64,000 nucleotides of DNA from the human T2T-CHM13v2.0 reference genome, Homo sapiens. The stretch lies in assembly GCF_009914755.1 (NCBI RefSeq), contig NC_060933.1, one strand, 5' to 3'. Positions 27,101-41,660 of the stretch are shown here, piece by piece (position 1 is the stretch's first letter; each line of letters starts with the position of its first letter). The position numbers and the translations under genes were made by a program. The notes beneath the pieces were generated by a model. That model was not told the origin of the DNA, did no database searches, and saw only the letters and a list, made by a program, of their open reading frames with translations.

Positions 27101-30100
27101 CCACTCGTGTTGATTCCATTCTATTCCTTTCAATTCCATTCCATTCCATTGCAATCGAGTTGATTCCATTCGAGTTGAATCCATTCCATTCCATTCCATT
27201 CCATTCCATTCCATTGCACACGGGTTCATTCCATTCCATTCCATTCCATTCCATTCCATTCCATTCCATTTCATTACATTCCATTCTATTCCGTACCATT
27301 CCATTCCATCCCATTCCATTCCATTCCATTCCATTCCATGCCATTACACTCGGGTTGATTCCATTCCTTTCCATTCCATTCTTGTTGAATCCATTCCATT
27401 CCATTCCATTCCATTCGAATCCATTCCATTGCACTCGGGTTGATTCCATTCCATTCCATTTCATTCCATTCCATTCCATTACATTCGGATTGATTCTATT
27501 CAATTCCCTTACACTCCATTACATTACATTCCATTCCATTCGGGATGTTTCTATTCCATTCCATTCCATTCCACTCCATTCCATTGCATCAGGTTGATTG
27601 CATTCCATTCCATTCCATTCCATTCCGGATGATTCCATTCCATTGCATTCCATTCCATTCCATTCCCCTGCACTCGGGTTGATTCCATTCCATTCCATTC
27701 CATTCCATTCCATTCCATTCCGTTCCATTCCATTCCATTCCATTCCATTCTATTCCGGTTAATTCCATTCCATTCCATTCGATTCCATTCCATTCCATTC
27801 CATTCCATTGCAATCGAGTTGATTCCATTCGAGTTGAATCCATTCCATTCCATTCCATTCCATTGCACACGGGTTCATTCCATTCCATTCCATTCCATTC
27901 CATTCCATTCCATTCCATTCCATTTCGTTCCATTCCATTCTATTCCGTATCATTCCATTCCATTCCATTCCATTCCATTCCATTCCTTTCCGTTCCATTC
28001 CATTCCATTCCATTCCATTCCATTCCGTTCCGTTCCGTTCCGTTCCGTTCCATTCCATTCCATTCCATTCTATTCGGGTTAATTCCAATCCATTCCATTC
28101 GATTGCAATCGAGTTGATTCCATTCCATTCCATTCCATTCCATTCCATTCCATTCCAATCCAGTTGATTCCATTCTATTCCATTCCATTCGGTTTGAAGG
28201 TATTCCAATCCATTCCATTCCATTCCATTCCATTCCATTCCATTCCATTCCATTCCATTCCATTGTACTCGGGTTGATTCCATTCCATTGCATTCCATTC
28301 CATTCCATTCCATTCCATTCCATTCCATTCCATTCCGTTGCATTCCATTCCATTACATTCGGATTGATTCTATTCAAATCCCTTACTCTCCATTTCATTC
28401 CATTCCATTCTGGTTGTTCCATTCCATCCCATTCCATTCCACTCCATTCCATTGCACTTGGGTTGATTACATTCCATTCCATTCCATTCCATTCCATTCC
28501 GGATGATTCCATTCCATTTCATTCCCCTGCACTCGCGTTGATTCCATTCCATTCCATTCCATTCCATTCCATTCCATTCCATTCCATTCCGTTCCGTTCC
28601 GTTCCATTCCATTCCATTCCATTCCATTCCGTTCTGTTCCATTCCATTCCATTCCATTCTATTCGGGATAATTCCATTCCATTCCATTCGATTGCAGTCG
28701 TGTTGATTCCATTCCATTCCATTCCATTCCATTCCATTCCATTCCATTCCTTTCCATTCCATTACGGATGATTCCATTCCATTGCATTCCATTCCATTCC
28801 ATTCCCCTGTACTCGGGTTGATTCCATTCCATTGCATTCCAATCCATGCCCTTCCACTCGTGTTGATTCCATTCTTTCCATTCCATTCAAGTTGAATCCA
28901 TTCCATTGCATTCCATTCCATTCGATTCCATTCGATTGCACTCGGGTTGATTCCATTCCACTGCATTCCATTCCACTCCATTCCATTGCACTCGGGTTTA
29001 TTCCATTCCATTCCATTCCATTCCATTCAAATCCATTCCATTCCGGAAGATTCCATTCCATTGCATTCCATTCCATTCCATTCCTCTGCACTCGCGTTGA
29101 TTCGATTCCATTCCATTCCATTCAGTTCCATTCCATTCCATTCCATTCCTTTCCGTTCCATTCCATTCCATTCCATTCCATTCCATTCCATTCCATTCCG
29201 TTCCGTTCCGTTCCGTTCCATTCCATTCCATTCCATTCTATTCGGGTTAATTCCATTCTATTCCATTCCATTCCAGTCGAGTTGATTCCATTCCATTCCA
29301 TTCCATTCCATTCCACTCCATTCCAGTCCTATCCATTCCATTCCACTCGGGTTGATTCCAATGTATTCCTTTCCATTCCATTCCATTCCTTTCCATTCCA
29401 CTCGAATACATTCCCTGCTATTCCACTCGGAACGATTCCATTCCATTCCATTCCATTCCATTCCATTCCATTCCATTCCATTCCATTCCATTTCGTTCCA
29501 TTCCATTCTATTCCGTATCATTCCATTCCATTCCATTCCATTCCATTCCATTCCACTCGTGTTGATTCCATTCTATTCCTTTCAATTCCATTCCATTCCA
29601 TTGCAATCGAGTTGATTCCATTCGAGTTGAATCCATTCCATTCCATTCCATTCCATTCCATTCCATTGCACACGGGTTCATTCCATTCCATTCCATTCCA
29701 TTCCATTCCATTCCATTCCATTTCATTACATTCCATTCTATTCCGTACCATTCCATTCCATCCCATTCCATTCCATTCCATTCCATTCCATGCCATTACA
29801 CTCGGGTTGATTCCATTCCTTTCCATTCCATTCTTGTTGAATCCATTCCATTCCATTCCATTCCATTCGAATCCATTCCATTGCACTCGGGTTGATTCCA
29901 TTCCATTCCATTTCATTCCATTCCATTCCATTACATTCGGATTGATTCTATTCAATTCCCTTACACTCCATTACATTACATTCCATTCCATTCGGGATGT
30001 TTCTATTCCATTCCATTCCATTCCACTCCATTCCATTGCATCAGGTTGATTGCATTCCATTCCATTCCATTCCATTCCGGATGATTCCATTCCATTGCAT

Positions 30101-33100
30101 TCCATTCCATTCCATTCCCCTGCACTCGGGTTGATTCCATTCCATTCCATTCCATTCCATTCCATTCCATTCCGTTCCATTCCATTCCATTCCATTCCAT
30201 TCTATTCCGGTTAATTCCATTCCATTCCATTCGATTCCATTCCATTCCATTCCATTCCATTGCAATCGAGTTGATTCCATTCGAGTTGAATCCATTCCAT
30301 TCCATTCCATTCCATTGCACACGGGTTCATTCCATTCCATTCCATTCCATTCCATTCCATTCCATTCCATTCCATTTCGTTCCATTCCATTCTATTCCGT
30401 ATCATTCCATTCCATTCCATTCCATTCCATTCCATTCCTTTCCGTTCCATTCCATTCCATTCCATTCCATTCCATTCCGTTCCGTTCCGTTCCGTTCCGT
30501 TCCATTCCATTCCATTGCATTCTATTCGGGTTAATTCCAATCCATTCCATTCGATTGCAATCGAGTTGATTCCATTCCATTCCATTCCATTCCATTCCAT
30601 TCCATTCCAATCCAGTTGATTCCATTCTATTCCATTCCATTCGGTTTGAAGGTATTCCAATCCATTCCATTCCATTCCATTCCATTCCATTCCATTCCAT
30701 TCCATTCCATTGTACTCGGGTTGATTCCATTCCATTGCATTCCATTCCATTCCATTCCATTCCATTCCATTCCATTCCATTCCATTCCGTTGCATTCCAT
30801 TCCATTACATTCGGATTGATTCTATTCAAATCCCTTACTCTCCATTTCATTCCATTCCATTCTGGTTGTTCCATTCCATCCCATTCCATTCCACTCCATT
30901 CCATTGCACTGGGGTTGATTACATTCCATTCCATTCCATTCCATTCCATTCCGGATGATTCCATTCCATTTCATTCCCCTGCACTCGCGTTGATTCCATT
31001 CCATTCCATTCCATTCCATTCCATTCCATTCCATTCCATTCCGTTCCGTTCCGTTCCATTCCATTCCATTCCATTCCATTCCGTTCTGTTCCATTCCATT
31101 CCATTCCATTCTATTCGGGATAATTCCATTCCATTCCATTCGATTGCAGTCGTGTTGATTCCATTCCATTCCATTCCATTCCATTCCATTCCATTCCATT
31201 CCTTTCCATTCCATTACGGATGATTCCATTCCATTGCATTCCATTCCATTCCATTCCCCTGTACTCGGGTTGATTCCATTCCATTGCATTCCAATCCATG
31301 GCCTTCCACTCGTGTTGATTCCATTCTTTCCATTCCATTCAAGTTGAATCCATTCCATTGCATTCCATTCCATTCGATTCCATTCGATTGCACTCGGGTT
31401 GATTCCATTCCACTGCATTCCATTCCACTCCATTCCATTGCACTCGGGTTTATTCCATTCCATTCCATTCCATTCCATTCAAATCCATTCCATTCCGGAA
31501 GATTCCATTCCATTGCATTCCATTCCATTCCATTCCTCTGCACTCGCGTTGATTCGATTCCATTCCATTCCATTCCGTTCCATTCCATTCCATTCCATTC
31601 CTTTCCGTTCCATTCCATTCCATTCCATTCCATTCCATTCCATTCCATTCCGTTCCGTTCCGTTCCGTTCCATTCCATTCCATTCCATTCTATTCGGGTT
31701 AATTCCATTCTATTCCATTCCATTCCAGTCGAGTTGATTCCATTCCATTCCATTCCATTCCATTCCACTCCATTCCAGTCCTATCCATTCCATTCCACTC
31801 GGGTTGATTCCAATGTATTCCTTTCCATTCCATTCCATTCCTTTCCATTCCACTCGAATACATTCCCTGCTATTCCACTCGGAACGATTCCATTCCATTC
31901 CATTCCATTCCATTCCATTCCATTCCATTCCATTCCATTCCATTTCGTTCCATTCCATTCTATTCCGTATCATTCCATTCCATTCCATTCCATTCCATTC
32001 CATTCCACTCGTGTTGATTCCATTCTATTCCTTTCAATTCCATTCCATTCCATTGCAATCGAGTTGATTCCATTCGAGTTGAATCCATTCCATTCCATTC
32101 CATTCCATTCCATTCCATTGCACACGGGTTCATTCCATTCCATTCCATTCCATTCCATTCCATTCCATTCCATTTCATTACATTCCATTCTATTCCGTAC
32201 CATTCCATTCCATCCCATTCCATTCCATTCCATTCCATTCCATGCCATTACACTCGGGTTGATTCCATTCCTTTCCATTCCATTCTTGTTGAATCCATTC
32301 CATTCCATTCCATTCCATTCGAATCCATTCCATTGCACTCGGGTTGATTCCATTCCATTCCATTTCATTCCATTCCATTCCATTACATTCGGATTGATTC
32401 TATTCAATTCCCTTACACTCCATTACATTACATTCCATTCCATTCGGGATGTTTCTATTCCATTCCATTCCATTCCACTCCATTCCATTGCATCAGGTTG
32501 ATTGCATTCCATTCCATTCCATTCCATTCCGGATGATTCCATTCCATTGCATTCCATTCCATTCCATTCCCCTGCACTCGGGTTGATTCCATTCCATTCC
32601 ATTCCATTCCATTCCATTCCATTCCGTTCCATTCCATTCCATTCCATTCCATTCTATTCCGGTTAATTCCATTCCATTCCATTCGATTCCATTCCATTCC
32701 ATTCCATTCCATTGCAATCGAGTTGATTCCATTCGAGTTGAATCCATTCCATTCCATTCCATTCCATTGCACACGGGTTCATTCCATTCCATTCCATTCC
32801 ATTCCATTCCATTCCATTCCATTCCATTTCGTTCCATTCCATTCTATTCCGTATCATTCCATTCCATTCCATTCCATTCCATTCCATTCCTTTCCGTTCC
32901 ATTCCATTCCATTCCATTCCATTCCATTCCGTTCCGTTCCGTTCCGTTCCGTTCCATTCCATTCCATTGCATTCTATTCGGGTTAATTCCAATCCATTCC
33001 ATTCGATTGCAATCGAGTTGATTCCATTCCATTCCATTCCATTCCATTCCATTCCATTCCAATCCAGTTGATTCCATTCTATTCCATTCCATTCGGTTTG

Positions 33101-34467
33101 AAGGTATTCCAATCCATTCCATTCCATTCCATTCCATTCCATTCCATTCCATTCCATTCCATTGTACTCGGGTTGATTCCATTCCATTGCATTCCATTCC
33201 ATTCCATTCCATTCCATTCCATTCCATTCCATTCCGTTGCATTCCATTCCATTACATTCGGATTGATTCTATTCAAATCCCTTACTCTCCATTTCATTCC
33301 ATTCCATTCTGGTTGTTCCATTCCATCCCATTCCATTCCACTCCATTCCATTGCACTGGGGTTGATTACATTCCATTCCATTCCATTCCATTCCATTCCG
33401 GATGATTCCATTCCATTTCATTCCCCTGCACTCGCGTTGATTCCATTCCATTCCATTCCATTCCATTCCATTCCATTCCATTCCATTCCGTTCCGTTCCG
33501 TTCCATTCCATTCCATTCCATTCCATTCCGTTCTGTTCCATTCCATTCCATTCCATTCTATTCGGGATAATTCCATTCCATTCCATTCGATTGCAGTCGT
33601 GTTGATTCCATTCCATTCCATTCCATTCCATTCCATTCCATTCCATTCCTTTCCATTCCATTACGGATGATTCCATTCCATTGCATTCCATTCCATTCCA
33701 TTCCCCTGTACTCGGGTTGATTCCATTCCATTGCATTCCAATCCATGGCCTTCCACTCGTGTTGATTCCATTCTTTCCATTCCATTCAAGTTGAATCCAT
33801 TCCATTGCATTCCATTCCATTCGATTCCATTCGATTGCACTCGGGTTGATTCCATTCCACTGCATTCCATTCCACTCCATTCCATTGCACTCGGGTTTAT
33901 TCCATTCCATTCCATTCCATTCCATTCAAATCCATTCCATTCCGGAAGATTCCATTCCATTGCATTCCATTCCATTCCATTCCTCTGCACTCGCGTTGAT
34001 TCGATTCCATTCCATTCCATTCCGTTCCATTCCATTCCATTCCATTCCTTTCCGTTCCATTCCATTCCATTCCATTCCATTCCATTCCATTCCATTCCGT
34101 TCCGTTCCGTTCCGTTCCATTCCATTCCATTCCATTCTATTCGGGTTAATTCCATTCTATTCCATTCCATTCCAGTCGAGTTGATTCCATTCCATTCCAT
34201 TCCATTCCATTCCACTCCATTCCAGTCCTATCCATTCCATTCCACTCGGGTTGATTCCAATGTATTCCTTTCCATTCCATTCCATTCCTTTCCATTCCAC
34301 TCGAATACATTCCCTCCTATTCCACTCGGAACGATTCCATTCCATTCCATTCCATTCCATTCCATTCCATTCCATTCCATTCCATTTCGTTCCATTCCAT
34401 TCTATTCCGTATCATTCCATTCCATTCCATTCCATTCCATTCCATTCCACTCGTGTTGATTCCATTC
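27101..34467 (+). repeat. Three near-identical tandem ~2.45 kb higher-order units (starts ~27101, 29553, 32005)
   Basis: CCACTCGTGTTGATTCCATTC at 27101, 29553, 32005 and 34447. ORF triplets at constant offset: 27286/29738/32190 (2452, 2452) and 28832/31284/33731 (2452, 2447). The private words GGGATGTTTCT, CAAATCCCTTAC and CAGTCCTATCC each occur three times. Confidence 0.95.
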
Positions 34468-36096
34468 CTTTCCATTCCATTCGATTTGAAGGCATTCCAT
34501 TCCATTCCATTCCATTCCATTCCATTCCATTCCATTGTACTCGGGTTGATTGCATTCCATTGCATTCCATTCCATTCCATTCAATTCCATTCCGTTGCAT
34601 TCCATTCCATTACATTCGGATTGATTCCATTCAACTCCCTTACTCTGCATTACATTACATTCCATTCGGGTTGTTCCACTACATTCCATTCCAATCCATT
34701 CCATTGCACTCGGGTTGATTCCATTCCATTCCATTCCATTCCATTCCATTCCATTCCATTCCATTCCGGATGATTCCATTCCATTGCATTCCGTTCCATT
34801 ACATTCCCCTGCACTCGCGATGATTCCATTCCATTCCACTCAATTCCATTCCATTACAATTCTTTACATTCCATTCTATTCCGTACCATTCCATTCCATT
34901 CCATACCATTCCATTCCATTCCATTCCATTCCATTCCATTCCATTCCGTTCCATTCAGTTCCATTGCATTCCATTCCATTCTATTCGGGTTAATTCCATT
35001 CCATTCCATTCAATTCCATTCTGTTCCATTCCATTGCAATCGAGTTGAATCCATTGCATTTCATTCCATTCCATTCCATTCCATTCCATTCCATTCCGGA
35101 AGATTCCATTCCATTGCATTCCATTCCATTCCATTCCCCTGCACTCGCGTTGATTCCTTTCCATTCCATTCCATTCCATTCCGTTCCGTTCCATTCCATT
35201 CCATTCCATTCCATTCCATTCCGTTCCTTTCCATTCCATTCCATTCCATTCTATTCGGGTTAATTCCATTCCATTCCATTCGATTGCAATCGAGTTGAAT
35301 CCATTCCATTGCATTCCATTCCATTCGATTCCATTCGATTGCACTCGGGTTGATTCCATTCCATTGCATTCCATTCCATTCCATTCCATTCCATTCCATT
35401 CCATTCCATTCAGTTCCATTCCTTTCCATTACATTCGGATTGATTGTATTCAATTCCCTTACACTCCATTACATTCCATTCCATTCGGGTAGTTTCCACT
35501 CCATTCCATTCCATTCCTCTCCATTCCATTGCACTCGGGTTGATTCCATTCCATTCCATTCCATTCCATTCCATTCCGGATGATTCCATTCCATTGCATT
35601 CCGTTCCATTACATTCCCCTGCACTCGCGTTGATTCCATTCCATTCCATTCCATTCCATTCAATTCCATTCCATTACAATTCGTTCCATTCCATTCTATT
35701 CCGTACCATTCCATTCCATTCCATACCATTCCATTCCATTCCATTCCATTCCGTTCCATTCCGTTCCATTCCATTCCATTCCATTCTATTCGGATTAATT
35801 CCATTCCATTACATTCCATTCCATTCTATTACATTCCATTGCAATCGAGTTGAATCCATTGCATTTCATTCCATTCCATTCCATTCCATTCCATTCCGAA
35901 AGATTCCATTCCATTGCATTCCATTCCATTCCATTCCCCTGCACTCGCGTTGATTCCATTCCATTCCATTCCATTCCATTCCATTCCGTTCCGTTCCATT
36001 CCATTCCATTCCATTCCATTCCGTTCCGTTCCATTCCATTCCATTCCATTCTATTCGGGTTAATTCCATTCCATTCCATTCGATTGCAATCGAGTT

Positions 36097-37845
36097 GATT
36101 CCATTCCACTCCATTCCATTCGATTCCATTCCATTCTATTCCTTTCCATTCCATTACGGATGATTCCATTCCATTGCATTCCATTCCATTCCATTCCCCT
36201 GTTCTCGGGTTGATTCCATTCCATTCTATTCCAATCCATGCCATTCCACTCGCGTTGATTCCCTTCTTTCCATTCCATTCAAGTTGATTCCATTCCACTG
36301 CATTCCATTCCATTCGATTCCTTTCGATTTCACTCGGGTTGATTCCATTCCATTGCATTCCATTCCATTCCATTCCATTCCGTTCCATTCCATTCCATTA
36401 CATTCGGATTGATTCTATTCAATTCCCTTACACTCCATTACATTACATTCCATTCGGGTAGTTTCCATTCCATTCCATTCCATTCCTCTCCATTCCATTG
36501 CACTCGGGTTGATTCCATTCCATTGCATTCCATTCCATTCCTTTCAATTCTATTCCGTTCCATTCTATTCCATTACATTCGGATTGATTCTATTCAACTC
36601 CCTTACTATCCATTAAATTCCATTCCATTCGGGTTGTTCCATTCCATTCCATTCCATTCCACTCCATTCCATTGGACTCGGGTTGATTCCATTCCATTCC
36701 ATTCCGGAAGATTCCATTCCATTGCATTCCATTCCATTCCATTCCCCTGCACTCGCGTTGATTCCATTCTATTCCATTCTATTCCATTCCATTCCCTTCC
36801 TTTCCGTTCCATTCTATTCCATTCCATTCCATTCCATTCCGTTCCGTTCCGTTCCATTCCATTCCATTCCATTCCATTCCGTTCCGTTCCGTTCCGTTCC
36901 ATTTGATTCCATTCTATTCGGGTTAATTCCATTCCATTCCTTTCGATTGCAATCGAGGTGATTCCATTCCATTCCATTCCATTCGATTCCATTCCATTCT
37001 ATTCCTTTCCATTCCATTACGGATGATTCCATTCCATTGCATTCCATTCCATTCCATTCCCCTGTTCTCGGGTTGATTCCATTCCATTCCATTCCAATCC
37101 ATGCCATTCCACTCGCGTTGATTCCATTCTTTCCATTCCATTCAAGTTGATTCCATTCCACTGCATTCCATTCCATTCGATTCCTTTCGATTTCACTCGG
37201 GTTGATTCCATTCCATTGCATTCCATTCCATTCCATTCCATTCCGTTCCATTCCATTCCATTACATTCGGATTGATTCTATTCAATTCCCTTACACTCCA
37301 TTACATTACATTCCATTCGGGTAGTTTCCATTCCATTCCATTCCATTCCTCTCCATTCCATTGCACTCAGGTTGATTCCATTCCATTGCATTCCATTCCA
37401 TTCCTTTCAATTCTATTCCGTTCCATTCTATTCCATTACATTCGGATTGATTCTATTCAACTCCCTTACTCTCCATTACATTCCATTCCATTCGGGTTGT
37501 TCCATTCCATTCCATTCCATTCCACTCCATTCCATTGGACTCGGGTTGATTCCATTCCATTCCATTCCATTCCATTCCATTCCATTCCGGAAGATTCCAT
37601 TCCGTTGCATTCCATTCCATTCAATTCCCCTGCACTCGCGTTGATTCCATTCTATTCCATTCTATTCCATTCCATTCCCTTCCTTTCCGTTCCATTCTAT
37701 TCCATTCCATTCCATTCCATTCCGTTACGTTCCGTTCCATTCCATTCCATTCCATTCCATTCCGTTCCGTTCCGTTCCGTTCCATTTGATTCCATTCTAT
37801 TCGGGTTAATTCCATTCCATTCCTTTCGATTGCAATCGAGGTGAT
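36097..37845 (+). repeat. ~0.87 kb tandem duplication (units of 863 and 883 bp)
   Basis: ORF pairs 36060/36923 and 36409/37272 (offset 863). The private words CCCCTGTTCTCGGG, CCATTGGACTCGGG, CCTTTCAATTCTATT and ATCGAGGTG (GAGGTG at 36955 and 37838) each occur twice. Confidence 0.9.
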
Positions 37846-39549
37846 TCCATTCCATTCCATTACATTCCTTTCCATTCCATTACGGATGATTCCATTCCAT
37901 TGCATTCCGTTCCATTACATTCCCCTGCACTAGCGTTGATTCCATTCCATTCCATTCAATTCCATTCCATTACAATTCGTTACATTCCATTCTATTCCGT
38001 ACCATTCCATTCCATTCCATACCATTCCATTCCATTCCATTCCATTCCATTCCGTTCCATTGCATTCCATTCCATTGTATTCGGGTTAATTCCATTCCAT
38101 TCCATTCCATTCCATTCTATTCCATTCCATTGCAATCGAGTTGAACCCATTGCATTCCATTCCTTTCCATTCCATTCCATTCCATTCCGGAAGCTTCCAT
38201 TCCATTGCATTCCATTCCATTCCATTCCCCTGCACTCGCGTTGATTCCATTCCATTCCATTCCGTTCCGTTCCATTCCATTCCATTCCATTCCATTCCAT
38301 TCCATTCCATTCCATTCCATTCCGTTCCTTTCCATTCCATTCCATTCCATTCCATTCGGGTTAATTCCATTCCATTCCATTCAATTGCAATCGAGTTGAT
38401 TCCATTCCATTGCATTCCATTCCATTCGATTCCATTCGATTGCAGTCGGGTTGATTCCTTTCCATTGCATTCCATTCCATTCCATTCCATTCCATTCCAT
38501 TCCATTCCGTTCCATTCCTTTCCATTATATTCGGATTGATTCTATTCAATTCCCTTACACTCCATTACATTCCATTCCATTCGGGTAGTTTCCACTCCAT
38601 TCCATTCCATTCCTCTCCATTCCATTGCACTCGGGTTGATTCCATTCCATTGCATTCCATTCCATTCCATTAAATTCCATTCCTTTCCATTCCATTCCAT
38701 TACATTCGGATTGATTCTATTCAACTCCCTTACTCTCCATTACATTCCATTCCATTCGGGTTGTTCCATTCCATTCCATTCCATTCCACTCCGTTCCATT
38801 GCACTCGGGTTGATTCCATTCCATTCCATTCCATTCCATTCCATTCCATTCCATTCCAGAAGATTCCATTCCATTGCATTCCATTCCATTCCATTCCCCT
38901 GCACTCGCGTTCATTCCATTCCATTCCATTCCATTCGATTTCATTCCATTCCTTTCCGTTCCGTTCCATTCCATTCCATTCCATTCCATTCCATGCCATT
39001 CCGTTCCGTTCCGTTCCGTTCCATTCCATTCCATTCCATTCTATTCGTGTTAATTCCATTCCATTCCATTCGACTGCATTCGAGTTGATTCCATTCCATT
39101 CCATTCCATTCCATTCCATTCCATTCCATTCCATTCCTTTCCATTCCATTATGGATGATTCCATTCCATTGCATTCCATTCCATTCCATTCCATTCTATT
39201 CGGGTTAATTCCATTCCATTCCATTCGATTGCAATCGAGTTGATTCCATTCCATTCCATTCCATTCCATTCCATTCCATTCCATTCCTTTCCATTCCATA
39301 ACGGATGATTCCATTCCATTGCATTCCATTCCATTCCATTCCCCTGTACTCGGGTTGATTCCATTCCATTCCATTCCAATCCATGCCATTCCACTCGTGT
39401 TGATTCCATTCTTTCCATTCCATTCAAGTTGAATCCATTCCATTGCATTCCATTCCATTCGATTCCATTCGATTGCCCTCGGGTTGATTCCATTCCATTG
39501 CATTCCATTCCATCCCATTTCATTCCATTCCATTCCTTTCCATTCCATT

Positions 39550-41500
39550 CCATTCTATTCCATTCCATTGCAATCGAGTTGATTCCATTCCATTCCTTTC
39601 CATTCCATTCCATTGCCTTGAATTCCACTCGGGTTGATTCCATTCCCTTCTTTCCACTCCATTACATTCCCTTCCATTCCACTCGGAATGATTGATTCCA
39701 TTCCATTCCATTCCATTTCATTCCATTGCAATCCATTCCAATCCATTCCATTTTATTCCATTCCACTCGAGTTGATTTCATTCCATTCCTTTCCATTCCA
39801 TTCCATTCCTTTCCACTAGAGTTGATTCCATTCCATTCCATTCCATTGCATTCCATTCCATGCCATTCCACTCGGGTTGATTCCATTCCATTCCATTCCA
39901 TTCCATTCCATTCCATTCCATTGCATTCCATTCCATTCCTTTCCCCTGCACTCGGGTTGATTCCTTTCCTTTCCATTCCGTTTAATTCCATTCCATTCCA
40001 TTCCATTCCATTCCAATCCGTTCCATTCCATTCCATTCTATTCCACTGCAATCGACTTGATTCCATTCCATTCCATTCTATTCCATTCCATTCCATTCCA
40101 TTCCATTCCATTCCATTCCATTTTGTTCCAATCCATTCTATTCCGAACCATTCCATTCCATTCCATTCCATTCCATTGCATTCCACTCCATGCCATTCCA
40201 CTCGGGTTGATTCCATTCCATTCCATTCCATTCCATTCCATTCCATTCCATTCCATTCCATTCCGTTCCATTCCATTTCATTACATTCATATTGATTCTA
40301 TTCAATTCCCTTACACTCCATTATATTCCAATCCATTCTGGTTGTTTCCATTCCATTCCATTCCATTTCACTCCATTCCATTGCACTCGGTTTGATTCCA
40401 TTCCATTCCATTCCATTCCATTCCGGATGATTCCATTCCATTGCATTCCATTCCATTCCATTCCCCTGCACTCAGTTTGATTCCATTCCATTCCATTCCA
40501 TTCCATTCCATTCGGTTCCGTTCCATTCAATTCTATTGCATTCCATTCTATTCGGGTTAATTCCATTCCATTCTATTCCATTCCATTCCATTGCATTCCA
40601 TTGCAATGGAGTTGATTCCATTCCATTCCATTCCATTCCGGATGATTCCATTCCATTGCATTCCATTCCATTCCATTCTCCTGCACTCGTGTTGATTCCA
40701 TTACCTTCTATTCCATTCCATTCCGTTCCATTCCATTGCATTCCCTTCTATTCCTCTTAATTCCATTCCATTCCATTCCATTCCATTCCATTCCATTCCA
40801 TTGCAATCGAGTTGATTCCATTCCATTCCTTTCCATTCCATTCCATTGCCTTGCATTCCAATCGGGTTGATTCCATTCCCTTCTTTCCACTCCATTACAT
40901 TCCCTTCCATTCCACTCGGAATGATTGATTCCATTCCATTCCATTCCATTTCATTCCATTGCAATCCATTCCAATCCATTCCATTCCATTCCACTCGAGT
41001 TGATTTCATTCCATTCGTTTCCATTCCATTCCATTCCTTTCCATTCGAGTTGATTCCATTCCATTGCATTCCATTGCATTCCATTCCATGCCATTCCACT
41101 CGGGTTGATTCCATTCCTTTGCATTCCATTCCATTCCATTCCATTCCATTCCATTCCATTCCGTTGCATTCCATTCCATTACATTCCGATTGATTCTATT
41201 CAACTCCCTTACTCTCCATTACATTCCATTCCATTCGGGTTGTTCCATTCCATTCCATTCCATTCCACTCCATTCCATTGCACTCGGGTTGATTCCATTC
41301 CATTCCATTCCATTCCATTCCATTCCATTCCATTCCGGATGATTCCATTCCATTGCATTCCGTTCCATTACATTCCCCTGCACTCGCGTTGATTCCATTC
41401 CATTCCATTCCATTCCATTCAATTCCATTCCATTACAATTCGTTCCATTCCATTCTATTCTGTACCATTCCATTCCATTCCATACCATTCCATTCCATTC
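39550..41500 (+). repeat. Blocks paralogous to the first ~1.9 kb of the window
   Basis: TTGCCTTG...CCCTTCTTTCCACTCC...GGAATGATTGATT at ~39613-39700 and ~40846-40930. GCAATGGAGTTG was noticed only at ~1035 and ~40603. Confidence 0.7.
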
Positions 41501-41660
41501 CATTCTATTCCGTTCCATTCCGTTCCATTCCGTTCCATTCCATTCCATTCCATTCTATTCGGGTTAATTCCATTCCAATCCATTCCATTCCATTCTATTC
41601 CATTCCATTGCAATCGAGTTGAATCCATTGCATTTCATTCCATTACATTCCATTCCATTC

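Larger units (their letters stand above)
21717..36350 (+). repeat. Older ~5.1 kb tandem duplication: copy A ~21717-26830; copy B ~26831-36350 (lengthened by the internal 2.45 kb triplication)
   Basis: Both copies start with CTATTCGTGTTAATT...GAAATCGAG (21717, 26831). They share in order CGGGATAATT, TTTGAAGGCATT (~24500, ~34485), CGCGATGATT, GATTGTATTCAA, CCGAAAGATT (26337, 35896) and CTTTCGATTTCACTCGGG (26762, 36321). Confidence 0.8.

Noticed and set aside
28832-32501. Longest ORFs (405 aa at 28832..30049 and 31284..32501) and all other ORFs in the track
   Set aside because: They are low-complexity FHSIP/MEWNG pentapeptide repeats open in several overlapping frames on both strands. The frames are broken at random by 5-bp indels between near-identical copies and show no recognisable domain. 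This is what translating a stop-free pentamer produces.
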